From IMG/VR virus record IMGVR_UViG_3300020043_001768, positions 1-26,441 of that record: DNA of 26,441 nt. The stretch is one strand, 5' to 3'. A model generated the notes under the pieces. It did no database searches and had not been told where the DNA came from. It saw nothing but the letters and a program-made list of their open reading frames with translations. The position numbers and the translations under genes are program-made. Below, one piece after another: positions 8,917 through 18,029 of this stretch (its first letter is position 1; each line of letters starts with the position of its first letter). The DNA comes from a virus. Its lineage: Duplodnaviria; Caudoviricetes.

Positions 8917-10142
8917 GTGAAGACCCCTCCTTTGATCCCGTCTACAACATGAAGACCATCAGCTTCAAGAGTCATTTTTGAAACACCTGTCAAAGAGAAA
9001 CCTAGTTGACCACTTGAAGGTCTATAAAAACCTGTTGTTGTGTCTCCTGTGTAATTCAAAGATGGTGCTGCTGCCGTTCCAGCGTTCAAAGTCAAAGCAG
9101 CTAAAGAAGATACAGTAGCTGAGTTAGCGTTGTATACGTTTGTTCCGTCGCAAATTAAAATCAAAGTTTGAGCTTGAGGTATCGTAACTGTAGCACCACC
9201 AACCGCTGCAGTTCTAAAAGTAAGTGAGTACGCGCCTGTAGTTAAATTGGTAACAGTATACAATTGAACTGTAGAAGGAAAAATCACATTTACGTTTGAA
9301 CTCAAAACTCCGCTGTATTCTTGAATAATATTCGCTGCTTCAGCGGTTGTCAAAGTGACTGTTGCACCTAGACCAGTTAGAACTTTTGATAAGATTGTGT
9401 AGAAAAAACTAGCTGATTGACCATATCCAAATGAATTATATCCGTCAGTTCCATTTGAAACTACAACGAAAGACTCATTTAATTGAAGCTGTTGGGAAAC
9501 ATTATTATCAATCGTATCAGACCCATCACAAGTGATAGTTAAAATACCTGTCCCGTTGTTCCTTATCATCGCGAACCAGTTGTTACCAACGCTTGACGCG
9601 CTAGGTAGAGCTATTGACCCTACACCACCTTCCCAAACTGCAAAAGAAGCCCTGTTAGCTGAACCGAGAGTTGCATTTGAAGTATATACTGAAAGGTCAT
9701 ACGCTTGATTTAGAGTCGTACTAATTGCTTTTAAACCATAACCAGCTAATGTTGCAGCATTTGCAGATGAAGTTCCAGCACCAAAAGTTACTGTTGACCA
9801 AGTTCCTGGTATTGTTGTATTATCAGTAACGTAGACATATTGAGCAATCCCTGAAGAGATTGAAACGATTGTGCTACCATCGCTTTTAACAACTGTAAAT
9901 GAGTTTGCGCCAATGTTTCTGATTAACGCGCTTTGACCTGTTGACACCTGAGTAGCTGCAGGCATATAAAGTTTAAGGCTTGCAACTGATGCGGTAACTT
10001 CAATAATGTTAGCAACAACAGAGTCAGTATTTCCGTTTACTGGCCATTCTAATGTCGTATCCGCGGTGATTGTAAGCTGTTCATAGCCAACTTGGCTAGG
10101 TTGAACTGTTTGCCCTGTGAATGGGTTTACATAAGATGTCAT
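8913..10142 (-). CDS. Tail structural/fibre-attachment protein (409 aa)
   Basis: Thr/Ser-rich beta repeats, C-terminal GTAAAPSLNYTGDTTTGFYRP fibre motif; ATGA coupling. Confidence 0.65.
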   Translation of the reverse strand: MTSYVNPFTGQTVQPSQVGYEQLTITADTTLEWPVNGNTDSVVANIIEVTASVASLKLYMPAATQVSTGQSALIRNIGANSFTVVKSDGSTIVSISSGIAQYVYVTDNTTIPGTWSTVTFGAGTSSANAATLAGYGLKAISTTLNQAYDLSVYTSNATLGSANRASFAVWEGGVGSIALPSASSVGNNWFAMIRNNGTGILTITCDGSDTIDNNVSQQLQLNESFVVVSNGTDGYNSFGYGQSASFFYTILSKVLTGLGATVTLTTAEAANIIQEYSGVLSSNVNVIFPSTVQLYTVTNLTTGAYSLTFRTAAVGGATVTIPQAQTLILICDGTNVYNANSATVSSLAALTLNAGTAAAPSLNYTGDTTTGFYRPSSGQLGFSLTGVSKMTLEADGLHVVDGIKGGVFT

Positions 10143-10144
10143 AA

Positions 10145-10777
10145 TTAACTTTCAATAGCAATAGTTTGACGATCACCAACGCGAGTAATATCTTCGGCTT
10201 TTAATGCTGCAATTGCTTGGTCGTACTTTTGCTGAAAAATTTGTCTTTGATCATTTTTCAAAAATGGCATTGCTTGTAAAAGAGTACCGAATAGCATAGC
10301 ATTAGGCGCGTATTGGGTGAGCCAGTTAGTTTGATTCTCTGATGAGAGCGGAGAAATACGCTCGTAAAATAAAACTTCAAAATCGTAGGCTTGATCAGGA
10401 GTCGGACCAACGATCCAATGCTCGTAATCATAATCACCATAATAAAGAGGGACACCTTCAGTATTCGCATCAGGAGTGTACGCTTTGATATACTCGTATT
10501 TTCTTAATAGAACAGGAGTTCTTTGCCCATTCACTACTACGTTGAACGATACAGTTTTACGCCAGCGAGCAGGCTTAGGAATGACTGGATTTCCCGCTAA
10601 CATTTCGCTCTCAACGACCTGAAGCTGACCAAGACTTTTGATTTGCTGAGCTATCTCAAACTCGCAAAGCGTAATAAACGTAGGGATTTGATCAATAGTG
10701 GCTTGATCATTACGCTCCAAATACTGAAGCACAGTGCTAGTTAACGAATCATAAGTTAGAACAAAAGATACAGTCAT
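10145..10777 (-). CDS. Head-tail adaptor / tail tubular protein A-like (210 aa)
   Basis: TYDSL...IPTFITLCE N-terminal helices, PLYY...GPTPDQAY and NWLTQYAPNAMLFGTL motifs typical of podovirus adaptors. Confidence 0.7.
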   Translation of the reverse strand: MTVSFVLTYDSLTSTVLQYLERNDQATIDQIPTFITLCEFEIAQQIKSLGQLQVVESEMLAGNPVIPKPARWRKTVSFNVVVNGQRTPVLLRKYEYIKAYTPDANTEGVPLYYGDYDYEHWIVGPTPDQAYDFEVLFYERISPLSSENQTNWLTQYAPNAMLFGTLLQAMPFLKNDQRQIFQQKYDQAIAALKAEDITRVGDRQTIAIES

Positions 10778-11250
10778 GATATAAACAATGCCTTTTCATC
10801 ATTACGACGATTAACCAACCCTTTTAACACTTTGCCACCAGCTAAAGTATATTTCAAAAACTCTTCCGAAGCTTCAACAAAATCTCCACGAAGAACCTTT
10901 TGACGGAGGGTGCTGCGCTGTAATGTTCCCAAGCCAACATTGAAGCTAAAACTAACAAGAGCATCGAACTGACCTTGAGTGAGCTTAACAGGACAGTAGC
11001 GTTCAACACCTCGTTCAAAGCGGTTAAGGTCATCTCTAAGAATGTCATCTACTTCCTCCATTGAGAATGTGCGGTCATCTTTATATTCAAGCGGGTAAGC
11101 GTCACGCTCGTCTATCTTTAAAGCGCCTTGACGAGGGTAAAGGACGTGACCTACTCCGATTGTCCAGAGCTTGGCTGGGCATCGGTAGGGTTTTTGCCTT
11201 ACTCCCTCATGGTGCTTGATCATTTTGATGGCTTTCTCGCTTACTTTCAT
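10774..11250 (-). CDS. Endolysin, GH24 phage lysozyme (158 aa)
   Basis: HEGVRQKPYRCPAKLWTIGVGH (E-x8-C-x5-T), QFDALVSFSFNVG and GLVNRRNDEKALF motifs. Confidence 0.95.
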   Translation of the reverse strand: MKVSEKAIKMIKHHEGVRQKPYRCPAKLWTIGVGHVLYPRQGALKIDERDAYPLEYKDDRTFSMEEVDDILRDDLNRFERGVERYCPVKLTQGQFDALVSFSFNVGLGTLQRSTLRQKVLRGDFVEASEEFLKYTLAGGKVLKGLVNRRNDEKALFIS

Positions 11251-11729
11251 TTCTTAAACGCTTGAGTTCCGAACCAGAATGCAATGATCGAAGCTAGAAT
11301 CTGCATCTCCTGGTCATCAAAAATCATGGTAACGGACTCAGCGAATGCAGCGCCTGATGACCATGCCCACCAAATAGAAGCGATATCAACTATCATCAAC
11401 AGGAAAACGAATAAATAGGTCACCATTGGGCGCACTGAGGCGCGCAGATTGATTACCCACTGACTAGCACCTTTACCGATCTCAATATCGTGAGCGTACA
11501 TAGCTTGACGTTCTTGAGCCTGAGTTTCCATTGCCACTTGCTCAGTACGGATCTCTTCAACACGAGCCTGAGCAATGTAGCCAGCTTCTAACATCTTGAG
11601 TTCTCGCTCCATCTGGAGTTGAGCCATCTGCATTTCATGGGATTTGTCGGATTTATCTTGGAAGAAGTCCAGTAATTTAGGCAAACCGCCCATGAGGAAA
11701 GATAACGCAGTAGAAATCAGCGTAAGCAT
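11247..11729 (-). CDS. Holin-like membrane protein (GTA-type 3TM holin family, 160 aa)
   Basis: N-terminal hydrophobic helix, coiled coil, LRASVRPMVTY, transmembrane segments and IIAFWFG; coupled to the endolysin. Confidence 0.75.
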   Translation of the reverse strand: MLTLISTALSFLMGGLPKLLDFFQDKSDKSHEMQMAQLQMERELKMLEAGYIAQARVEEIRTEQVAMETQAQERQAMYAHDIEIGKGASQWVINLRASVRPMVTYLFVFLLMIVDIASIWWAWSSGAAFAESVTMIFDDQEMQILASIIAFWFGTQAFKK

Positions 11730-11735
11730 TATTTC

Positions 11736-12188
11736 TTACCCTTTATGACCCCAAGTAAAGTAGTAAGCGATGATTGCAGCCAGCGCATAACACATCCACA
11801 TAACTCTACGCACTTCTGCCAAATCTTTCTTAAAGTGTTCTGCATCTTCTTTCTCCAATTTCTCAATATCAGTTTTGATACGTAAAACTTGATCCCACTC
11901 TTTAGTACCATACTTCTTAACAAACTCGACCTTAAGACGGTGTTCCTCATCGCTAATTCGCTTCTTTCGTTTGTACTCATCAAGCGCCTTAAATATTGCT
12001 CGTTCTTTAAGAAACTCCGCTTCTCTTTGCTGCCTTTTACGCTCTAACGCTTTCTGTACCGCTACATCCGTTGCTTCTTTTTGGACATCTTCGATCGATT
12101 TACCGATCTCTTTGCCTGCAGTTTTACCTACTTTTATTCCTTCGCTAAACCCCTTGGCTCCTTCTAGGAGTCCGAATTGATCTGACAT
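11736..12188 (-). CDS. Coiled-coil protein with a C-terminal TM helix (150 aa)
   Basis: SD AGGAG; highly charged helical body followed by VMWMCYALAAIIAYYFTW. Confidence 0.75.
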   Translation of the reverse strand: MSDQFGLLEGAKGFSEGIKVGKTAGKEIGKSIEDVQKEATDVAVQKALERKRQQREAEFLKERAIFKALDEYKRKKRISDEEHRLKVEFVKKYGTKEWDQVLRIKTDIEKLEKEDAEHFKKDLAEVRRVMWMCYALAAIIAYYFTWGHKG

Positions 12189-12204
12189 GATTCAATTTTA
12201 TCTC

Positions 12205-12399
12205 CTATTTTAGAACTAGACCAATCAAAAGCAAAATGATAGAACCCGCAGTTCCAATCAAAATGGTTTCTAATCTTTTTAGTCTAGCGTTTACCCCTCG
12301 CATCTCTTTACCGATGCTTTCATACCGAACAGCACATATATCAATGTGCGCGTCGATGTCATTCTTAACTTGCTGTACTGTCGCTCTTTTCGTTGGCAT
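12205..12399 (-). CDS. Small coiled-coil protein with a C-terminal TM helix (64 aa), XhlA/holin-like
   Basis: HIDICAVRY motif, heptad segment and hydrophobic tail ILIGTAGSIILLLIGLVLK; located in the lysis cluster. Confidence 0.7.
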   Translation of the reverse strand: MPTKRATVQQVKNDIDAHIDICAVRYESIGKEMRGVNARLKRLETILIGTAGSIILLLIGLVLK

Positions 12400-12526
12400 T
12401 TAGTAAACTTTCTTTAGCTTCTTTTTGAACTGTTTCAACTATTTGAAACACTTCTTGATAAGGACGAGTCCCAAGATATGCTAGAATTTGATTTACTAAT
12501 TCTACTGATAATGAAATTTTTTCCAC
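12365..12526 (-). CDS. Small helical phage protein (53 aa), not in the ORF track
   Basis: GTG start after SD AAGGA; manual translation MEKISLSVELVNQILAYLGTRPYQEVFQIVETVQKEAKESLLNANEKSDSTAS; fills the gap between neighbouring genes. Confidence 0.75.
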   Translation of the reverse strand: MEKISLSVELVNQILAYLGTRPYQEVFQIVETVQKEAKESLLNANEKSDSTAS

Positions 12527-12541
12527 GATTTTCCTTTTTAA

Positions 12542-12907
12542 TTAAACAGTCTCTAACTCAACCCAAGAGGTTGTAGCCTCATCCCACGAGTAGCGTTTTC
12601 CGTCTGTTGGATAAGGTGTTGGTGCTTCCCATAGATAGGACTCTTGGTTCATTGACCAGCTTGGAAATGGTTGTGGAGCAGCAAAGCCTGTGCCGTCCCA
12701 TGTGTAGCCAATACCAGCATAGTTTTTATGCAGTGGCTCACGACCGCTAGGTGTGCCATCTGCGTTGTAATGAAGTCCGCCACGAGTGTTGTAAGAGGTC
12801 TGAACCCAAGATGCTGGGTCGCCCAACGCACCAGTAGCGATAAACGCCTCTTCAGCTACGACTACTTGTACAACTACACCATTTTCAATTTTAGCAAAGT
12901 GTGCCAT
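12542..12907 (-). CDS. Conserved fibre-associated protein (MAHFAK... type, 121 aa)
   Basis: MAHFAK, WVQTSYN, KNYAGIGYTWD and PQPFPSW motifs, a type often found beside Gly-rich phage proteins. Confidence 0.75.
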   Translation of the reverse strand: MAHFAKIENGVVVQVVVAEEAFIATGALGDPASWVQTSYNTRGGLHYNADGTPSGREPLHKNYAGIGYTWDGTGFAAPQPFPSWSMNQESYLWEAPTPYPTDGKRYSWDEATTSWVELETV

Positions 12908-13348
12908 TTAAATTACTCCGTTGTTTGGAAATGATAGGTTAAGTTCTTTTAGCGCCTCTACAGTAGTTACGGCAGAGATAGCGGTTTCTAGTTCGGCTAC
13001 CTTAGCTACCACGGCAGCACGGTATGCGACTGTGTCGGCTGGGATGTCTACATTGCGTTCGGCTTTGCGAATCACCATCCAATCGGTTTGTGCAAGAATA
13101 GAGTTGGCTGTCCGCTTGACCTGTTCAATGTGACCTGACTTCAGACCCTTGGCGATTAGTCGCTTGGTTGTGTTAACCATCGACTTTGTTGCCTCGTCAT
13201 AGACTTGCACATACATAGGGTTGCCGCCTTCGTCAACTTCTTCACGGTCTTCAAGTGCCTTTGGCGTGGCAGTGTACGAGCCATTTTCATTTGCCGTTAC
13301 CCAGTAGTAGCGGTCGTCTGGTCTAATTTCGTCTTGTCTAATAAACAT
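12908..13348 (-). CDS. Tail fibre assembly chaperone-like protein (146 aa)
   Basis: ILAQTDWMVIR...IP...YRAAV motif; lies directly after the large fibre gene. Confidence 0.65.
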   Translation of the reverse strand: MFIRQDEIRPDDRYYWVTANENGSYTATPKALEDREEVDEGGNPMYVQVYDEATKSMVNTTKRLIAKGLKSGHIEQVKRTANSILAQTDWMVIRKAERNVDIPADTVAYRAAVVAKVAELETAISAVTTVEALKELNLSFPNNGVI

Positions 13349-13356
13349 ATTAGTTC

Positions 13357-16300
13357 CTATCTTGCGTTAGCGTATTTAAATGGTGATTCGGCAAATGCCA
13401 TATAGATGTAAGTGCTACTACCATTTGTATCAGTATTGTTATTTGTAATTTTAAATCCGTTTGATAACGGCTGAACATATACAGTACCTACAGTAGATTC
13501 GCTGTCAGCAGTATTTGGTCGCAATGCACCTGTAGTATTGTTATAGGGATTTATTGCTGTGTCAGTAATGCTCCAATTTCCTGTTGTTCCTGAACTTGTT
13601 CTTTTTATCATTACAAATCTTGGTCTAAACCCTGTATAAATAAACGGTCCATCTGTAGCACCATTACCTGTGTATGTGCCAAATGCGCTATAGCCAGCAA
13701 CAGGTGCAAAGCAGTAGGCTACAAATGTTAAAGTTGAGCCATTTGTATCTCCATTAGCTCCTAAACCAAATGTAGTGTCGTTAATAGAAGATATAGTCCA
13801 AAAGTTAGTTCCGCTTGTGTCTACACCTGCAGGTAAATCTAACTCAAGAAATTGATTGTTTGCTGTTATAACATCTTTTTGATAAACAACCCATCTAGCA
13901 GTTGCATTTCTAACTTTAACAAAAATCATGCTAGGCGTAACACCTAATCCATGCCCTACAGTAGCACCACCAGTATTATTACCTGTATAAGTAACAATAC
14001 TAAATCCAGCGGTTGTATTAGCACTTACTGTAGATATGATAGAGCCTGCTGTGTTGGTTGAACCTGCTCCGTTGGCTTTCCAGCACCAATCAACAAGAGT
14101 TGTTCCAGCAGCCCAATCATTATTTCCCATAGTAAAGCCGTTGGATGTAAATGAGCTGATGTAATTATTATCTGTTTGTTCTGCCGCTGTACTCTGACTT
14201 AAAAGATATTTTCCAACACCTCTTACTGCATCTTCTAAATAATGCCCCCCAGAAATACTTCTGGTTTTATCCCAAACAAAATCTGGTTGGAAATTTAAAG
14301 ATGTAACACTACTTCCAGCAGTACCAGCACTTGTTCTTAACGCAATATCAAAATACTTATTCGCTGTTGTAGATGCAGTAGCACCAATAGTAGGGGTAGT
14401 TAAGTTAAATGTGTTTAGTGCTACAAAACCTGTTGGGGGTGTGTAGGCGAATGGTCTTTGACCGAAGTTTAGTGTCCAACTACTTTGAGTATTTGCAGGG
14501 TTAGAGGCAAGAATAAATGGTGTATATTCTACGCTGTTTAATCCTGTTACTTGCGACCCAAAAGCAGAACCATTTTTATAAAAATCAACTGTAAGATTGG
14601 TTGCATCAAAAGCAATCCCAAGAATATCGCCAGCCGAAAAAGATAAACCAGTTTGCACATTAGAAAAATTCTTTTGTATTACAGTTGTGCTTGTTATGAC
14701 GACTGTACAACCTGCATTTCCATCGCTTACACCTATAATTCCAGCATAATTTCCAGCATCATTTCCAAACGCACCAGCAAAAACAGTTTCAAAATACCAT
14801 TTTCCTGTTCTAGGAAAAGCCATTGTGCCGTAGTGATTTGAATACGCATCATCAGATGCGGATGTTGTAATTTTTAAATTACCATCAGAAAGTGTGCCAG
14901 CACTAATACTTACATTTTGCACTCGCAACGGATTCATCACACAATAATTAGCCGTAGTAGCACTTGTCAATGTAGGCACATCGGTCATAAAATCATAAGA
15001 CGAACCAAACAAGCCACCGATATTATTAGGAGTCCAGTTGTTGCCCGCTGGTCCTTTGTCATTAAACGCTTGAGTTACAAACGGATACTGAACAGATGTG
15101 GCGACACCATTGTTATTTGTGATTGTTACAGCAAATGTACTGTTATCAACAATCGAACTATTTTGCAATGTTAGATATGATGTTTGTGTACCTGTAATTG
15201 CGGAAATATTAACTCCAGCAGATTGAGTTGCACTTAAATTTGCAGTTGGTGGAGTAAAGCCGTTTGTATAAACAGCAACACCTTTGACTAAACGAACATT
15301 AGAAATGTAACCACCAAAGAAACTTCCAGCGTTATTTTGGCAACCAATTTCAATATTTCTAGTTGATGTGTTAACTGTTCCAGAAAATGTATCAGAATTT
15401 GATAAAACACCATTTACAAAAGTTTGGATTGTGTTTCCACTTCTTTGCCAAACAATATGGTACCACCTATTTTGTTGGGGTATAACGCTACCGCCATTAA
15501 TAAAGTTTGTCCAACTTGTGCCTGTTGTTGATAAATAAAGCGCAACCCCATTTGAACCAACACCAAAGAAAAATGCACTATTTGACCCTGCACCACCGTC
15601 AGATTGATTTAATACATTATTACTTGTAGATGTAGAACTATTTGTCAAATAAACCCATGCTTCAACAGTAAAGTCACTGCTACCTAAAGAAAATTGAGAT
15701 GCGTTTGGCGTGCTTAATGATTGGTTAGATGCGTTAAAGCTACCAGCATAAGTAGAAGAAGTGCTTGCAGTAAACGGCAAATAGAACCCGTTTGTACCAT
15801 ATGAGCCACCGTAGCGGATAGGTTGCCATACACCTAAGCCGTTAGATGTACCGAAGCTGTTTGGTGTTAGTGCCTGACCATCGATGAAGTTTACTTCTGC
15901 TAGGTAGCCGTCACGATAGGTTGAGGCTGTTGCTCGTTTAGCAATGAATTGGGTAACTGCATTAACTTGCCATGAGATTACATAATTTGGAGCTGGGTAA
16001 GTTCCAGAAAGGGTTTGCTGAACACCATTAATATAGATTTTAATTCTATCTGATGCAGTTGTTTGGGTAGTATCAATTGCACAAACAATGTGATACCACG
16101 CAGAAGGGTCTCTGAATACTGCTGAAGTTACCGCCCCTACAGTTCCGTTTGTCGTATAGATATAAAATGTATCATCAGACTCAAACCCAAATTCATCATA
16201 GGAACTGCCTTTATCTGCGGAAAAAATAGGAGCAAACGAACCTAATTGTCCTCTTTTATGCCAACAGGAAAAAGTGCATTTTGTTCCGAGAGTAGGAGTT

Positions 16301-18018
16301 ACTGCATTACGATTCAAATAAGCAGAAGCACTAGACCTAAAACGCAATGAGTTATTTGCTAACACGATTGGTGTTAGGTATCCGCTTGATGTAAAGGTAT
16401 GGATAACATTACCGCCAGCGACTGTTACTGTACCGCCAGCCATTTGCTGGGTTGATCCTGGGTAGGAGATGATTACTACACCGCTACCGCCAGCTCCACC
16501 AGAAAAAGTTGCAGCGCCAGTAGTTGCACCACCACCACCACCGCCACCTGTATTTGGAGTTCCAGCAGTACCTACTCCACTATTAATTCCACCAGCACCG
16601 CCACCGCCTAAACCACCTGTTCCAGCAGAAGCAGTATTCGCACCGCCACCGCCACCACCAGCTAAATAATATATTCCACCACTTAATTCACCAGTTGTTG
16701 AACCTGTAATTGGATTTTGTAAACCACTACCCCCATTACCACCAGCAGTAGATGTCCCATTTGCACCAACAGCATTTGCTCCACCACCGCCACCGCCACC
16801 ATATTGAACAGCAGCAAATATTCCAGAGCCACCATTGTTACCTTGACCAGCAGTTCCTGTACCACCAGCAGCAGACCCAACATAAGAGCCACCGCCACCT
16901 GAACCACCACTAGCTCCTGTAGTAGTTCCTCCTTGATAACCACCGCCACCACCGCCAACGGCAGTAGTTGAAACCATACTAAATGAAGAATTACCCCCGT
17001 TACCGCCCGCAGAAGCACCTGCAGCAGTGCCACCAGCACCTACTGTGACTGCGTATATTGAGTTGGTATCAAGGGTAAGTCCAGAGCCAGAAAGCAAACC
17101 CCCTGCTCCACCACCACCATTTCCACCACCGCCACCTCCGCCACCAGCGACAACTAAGAAGTTTGCTGTCAATGAATTTAATGGGCTAAGAGTGCCAGAT
17201 GTAGTGAATGTGTGAATTGTGTTGCCACCGACAGAGGTAACGACACCGCCACCGAATTGTTGTGCGCCTACATAGGAGATGATGACTACACCGCTACCGC
17301 CATTGCCACCATAACTATTATATTCTCCACCGCCACCACCACCGCCTAAGTTAGCCGTTCCATTAGTAGCTTGAATAAGAGAATTTGTATTTCCACCAGT
17401 ACCGCCACCACCAGTACCTCCAGATGCAGTTCCAGCAGCAAATTGGGAGTTACCTCCACCACCACCAGCATATGTTACAGACGAGCCTGAAATAGATGAT
17501 GCTAAACCATTTCCTCCAGCACCTCCAATTCCACCGCTACTTCCTGTTCCATTTCCACCAGTTCCAGTTGTAAGATTTGCACCACCACCACCTCCAGCGC
17601 CACGATTGGATGCAACTCCAGCGCCAGTTCCTCCAGCATTACCTTGACCAGATGTCGCAGTACCTCCGCTAGTTGTTCCAGAACCATTTGCACCGCCACC
17701 ACCGCCTGAACCACCATTTGAACCATTGCCTGATGTTCCTCCAGCACCACCACCAACAGAAGCAGTTAAAGAACCAAATTGAGAATTAGCACCATTTGTA
17801 GCAGCAGCACCACCAGCACCAACAGTAACTGTATAGGATTCAGTTGGGTTTAAAGATGTTGTGCCAGTTTGCATACCTCCTGCACCACCGCCACCACCGC
17901 CAGAAGTACCGCCACCAGCACCACCAGCAACTACAAGGTAACTAGCAGTAACAGAAGACAACCCTGTCCATCCGAAGGCTGCTAGGGCTGCTGCACCAAT
18001 TTTAGATAAGCGTGGCAT
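13357..18018 (-). CDS. Large fibre/receptor-binding protein (1553 aa): two Gly-rich modules, two LamG/ConA-like domains, a SPRY-like domain and C-terminal beta repeats
   Basis: YLVVAGG...GGSGVVIISY twice; FRDPSAWYHIV and DFTVEAWVY...WYHIVWQR (LamG); GKWYFE...GDILGIAFD (SPRY); FSIVTYTGN/HGLG repeats. Confidence 0.85.
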   Translation of the reverse strand: MPRLSKIGAAALAAFGWTGLSSVTASYLVVAGGAGGGTSGGGGGGAGGMQTGTTSLNPTESYTVTVGAGGAAATNGANSQFGSLTASVGGGAGGTSGNGSNGGSGGGGGANGSGTTSGGTATSGQGNAGGTGAGVASNRGAGGGGGANLTTGTGGNGTGSSGGIGGAGGNGLASSISGSSVTYAGGGGGNSQFAAGTASGGTGGGGTGGNTNSLIQATNGTANLGGGGGGGEYNSYGGNGGSGVVIISYVGAQQFGGGVVTSVGGNTIHTFTTSGTLSPLNSLTANFLVVAGGGGGGGGNGGGGAGGLLSGSGLTLDTNSIYAVTVGAGGTAAGASAGGNGGNSSFSMVSTTAVGGGGGGYQGGTTTGASGGSGGGGSYVGSAAGGTGTAGQGNNGGSGIFAAVQYGGGGGGGANAVGANGTSTAGGNGGSGLQNPITGSTTGELSGGIYYLAGGGGGGANTASAGTGGLGGGGAGGINSGVGTAGTPNTGGGGGGGATTGAATFSGGAGGSGVVIISYPGSTQQMAGGTVTVAGGNVIHTFTSSGYLTPIVLANNSLRFRSSASAYLNRNAVTPTLGTKCTFSCWHKRGQLGSFAPIFSADKGSSYDEFGFESDDTFYIYTTNGTVGAVTSAVFRDPSAWYHIVCAIDTTQTTASDRIKIYINGVQQTLSGTYPAPNYVISWQVNAVTQFIAKRATASTYRDGYLAEVNFIDGQALTPNSFGTSNGLGVWQPIRYGGSYGTNGFYLPFTASTSSTYAGSFNASNQSLSTPNASQFSLGSSDFTVEAWVYLTNSSTSTSNNVLNQSDGGAGSNSAFFFGVGSNGVALYLSTTGTSWTNFINGGSVIPQQNRWYHIVWQRSGNTIQTFVNGVLSNSDTFSGTVNTSTRNIEIGCQNNAGSFFGGYISNVRLVKGVAVYTNGFTPPTANLSATQSAGVNISAITGTQTSYLTLQNSSIVDNSTFAVTITNNNGVATSVQYPFVTQAFNDKGPAGNNWTPNNIGGLFGSSYDFMTDVPTLTSATTANYCVMNPLRVQNVSISAGTLSDGNLKITTSASDDAYSNHYGTMAFPRTGKWYFETVFAGAFGNDAGNYAGIIGVSDGNAGCTVVITSTTVIQKNFSNVQTGLSFSAGDILGIAFDATNLTVDFYKNGSAFGSQVTGLNSVEYTPFILASNPANTQSSWTLNFGQRPFAYTPPTGFVALNTFNLTTPTIGATASTTANKYFDIALRTSAGTAGSSVTSLNFQPDFVWDKTRSISGGHYLEDAVRGVGKYLLSQSTAAEQTDNNYISSFTSNGFTMGNNDWAAGTTLVDWCWKANGAGSTNTAGSIISTVSANTTAGFSIVTYTGNNTGGATVGHGLGVTPSMIFVKVRNATARWVVYQKDVITANNQFLELDLPAGVDTSGTNFWTISSINDTTFGLGANGDTNGSTLTFVAYCFAPVAGYSAFGTYTGNGATDGPFIYTGFRPRFVMIKRTSSGTTGNWSITDTAINPYNNTTGALRPNTADSESTVGTVYVQPLSNGFKITNNNTDTNGSSTYIYMAFAESPFKYANAR
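16463..17302. repeat. 30-bp direct repeat (29/30 identical) at 16463-16492 and 17273-17302
   Basis: taggagatgat(t/g)actacaccgctaccgcca, 810 bp apart, encoding GGSGVVIISY at the end of each Gly-rich module. Confidence 0.9.
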
Positions 18019-18029
18019 CTATAAAACCT

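Noticed and set aside
12905-12910. In-frame TAA-ATG junction as programmed readthrough
   Set aside because: TAA is rarely read through, and the downstream gene has its own GGAG SD.
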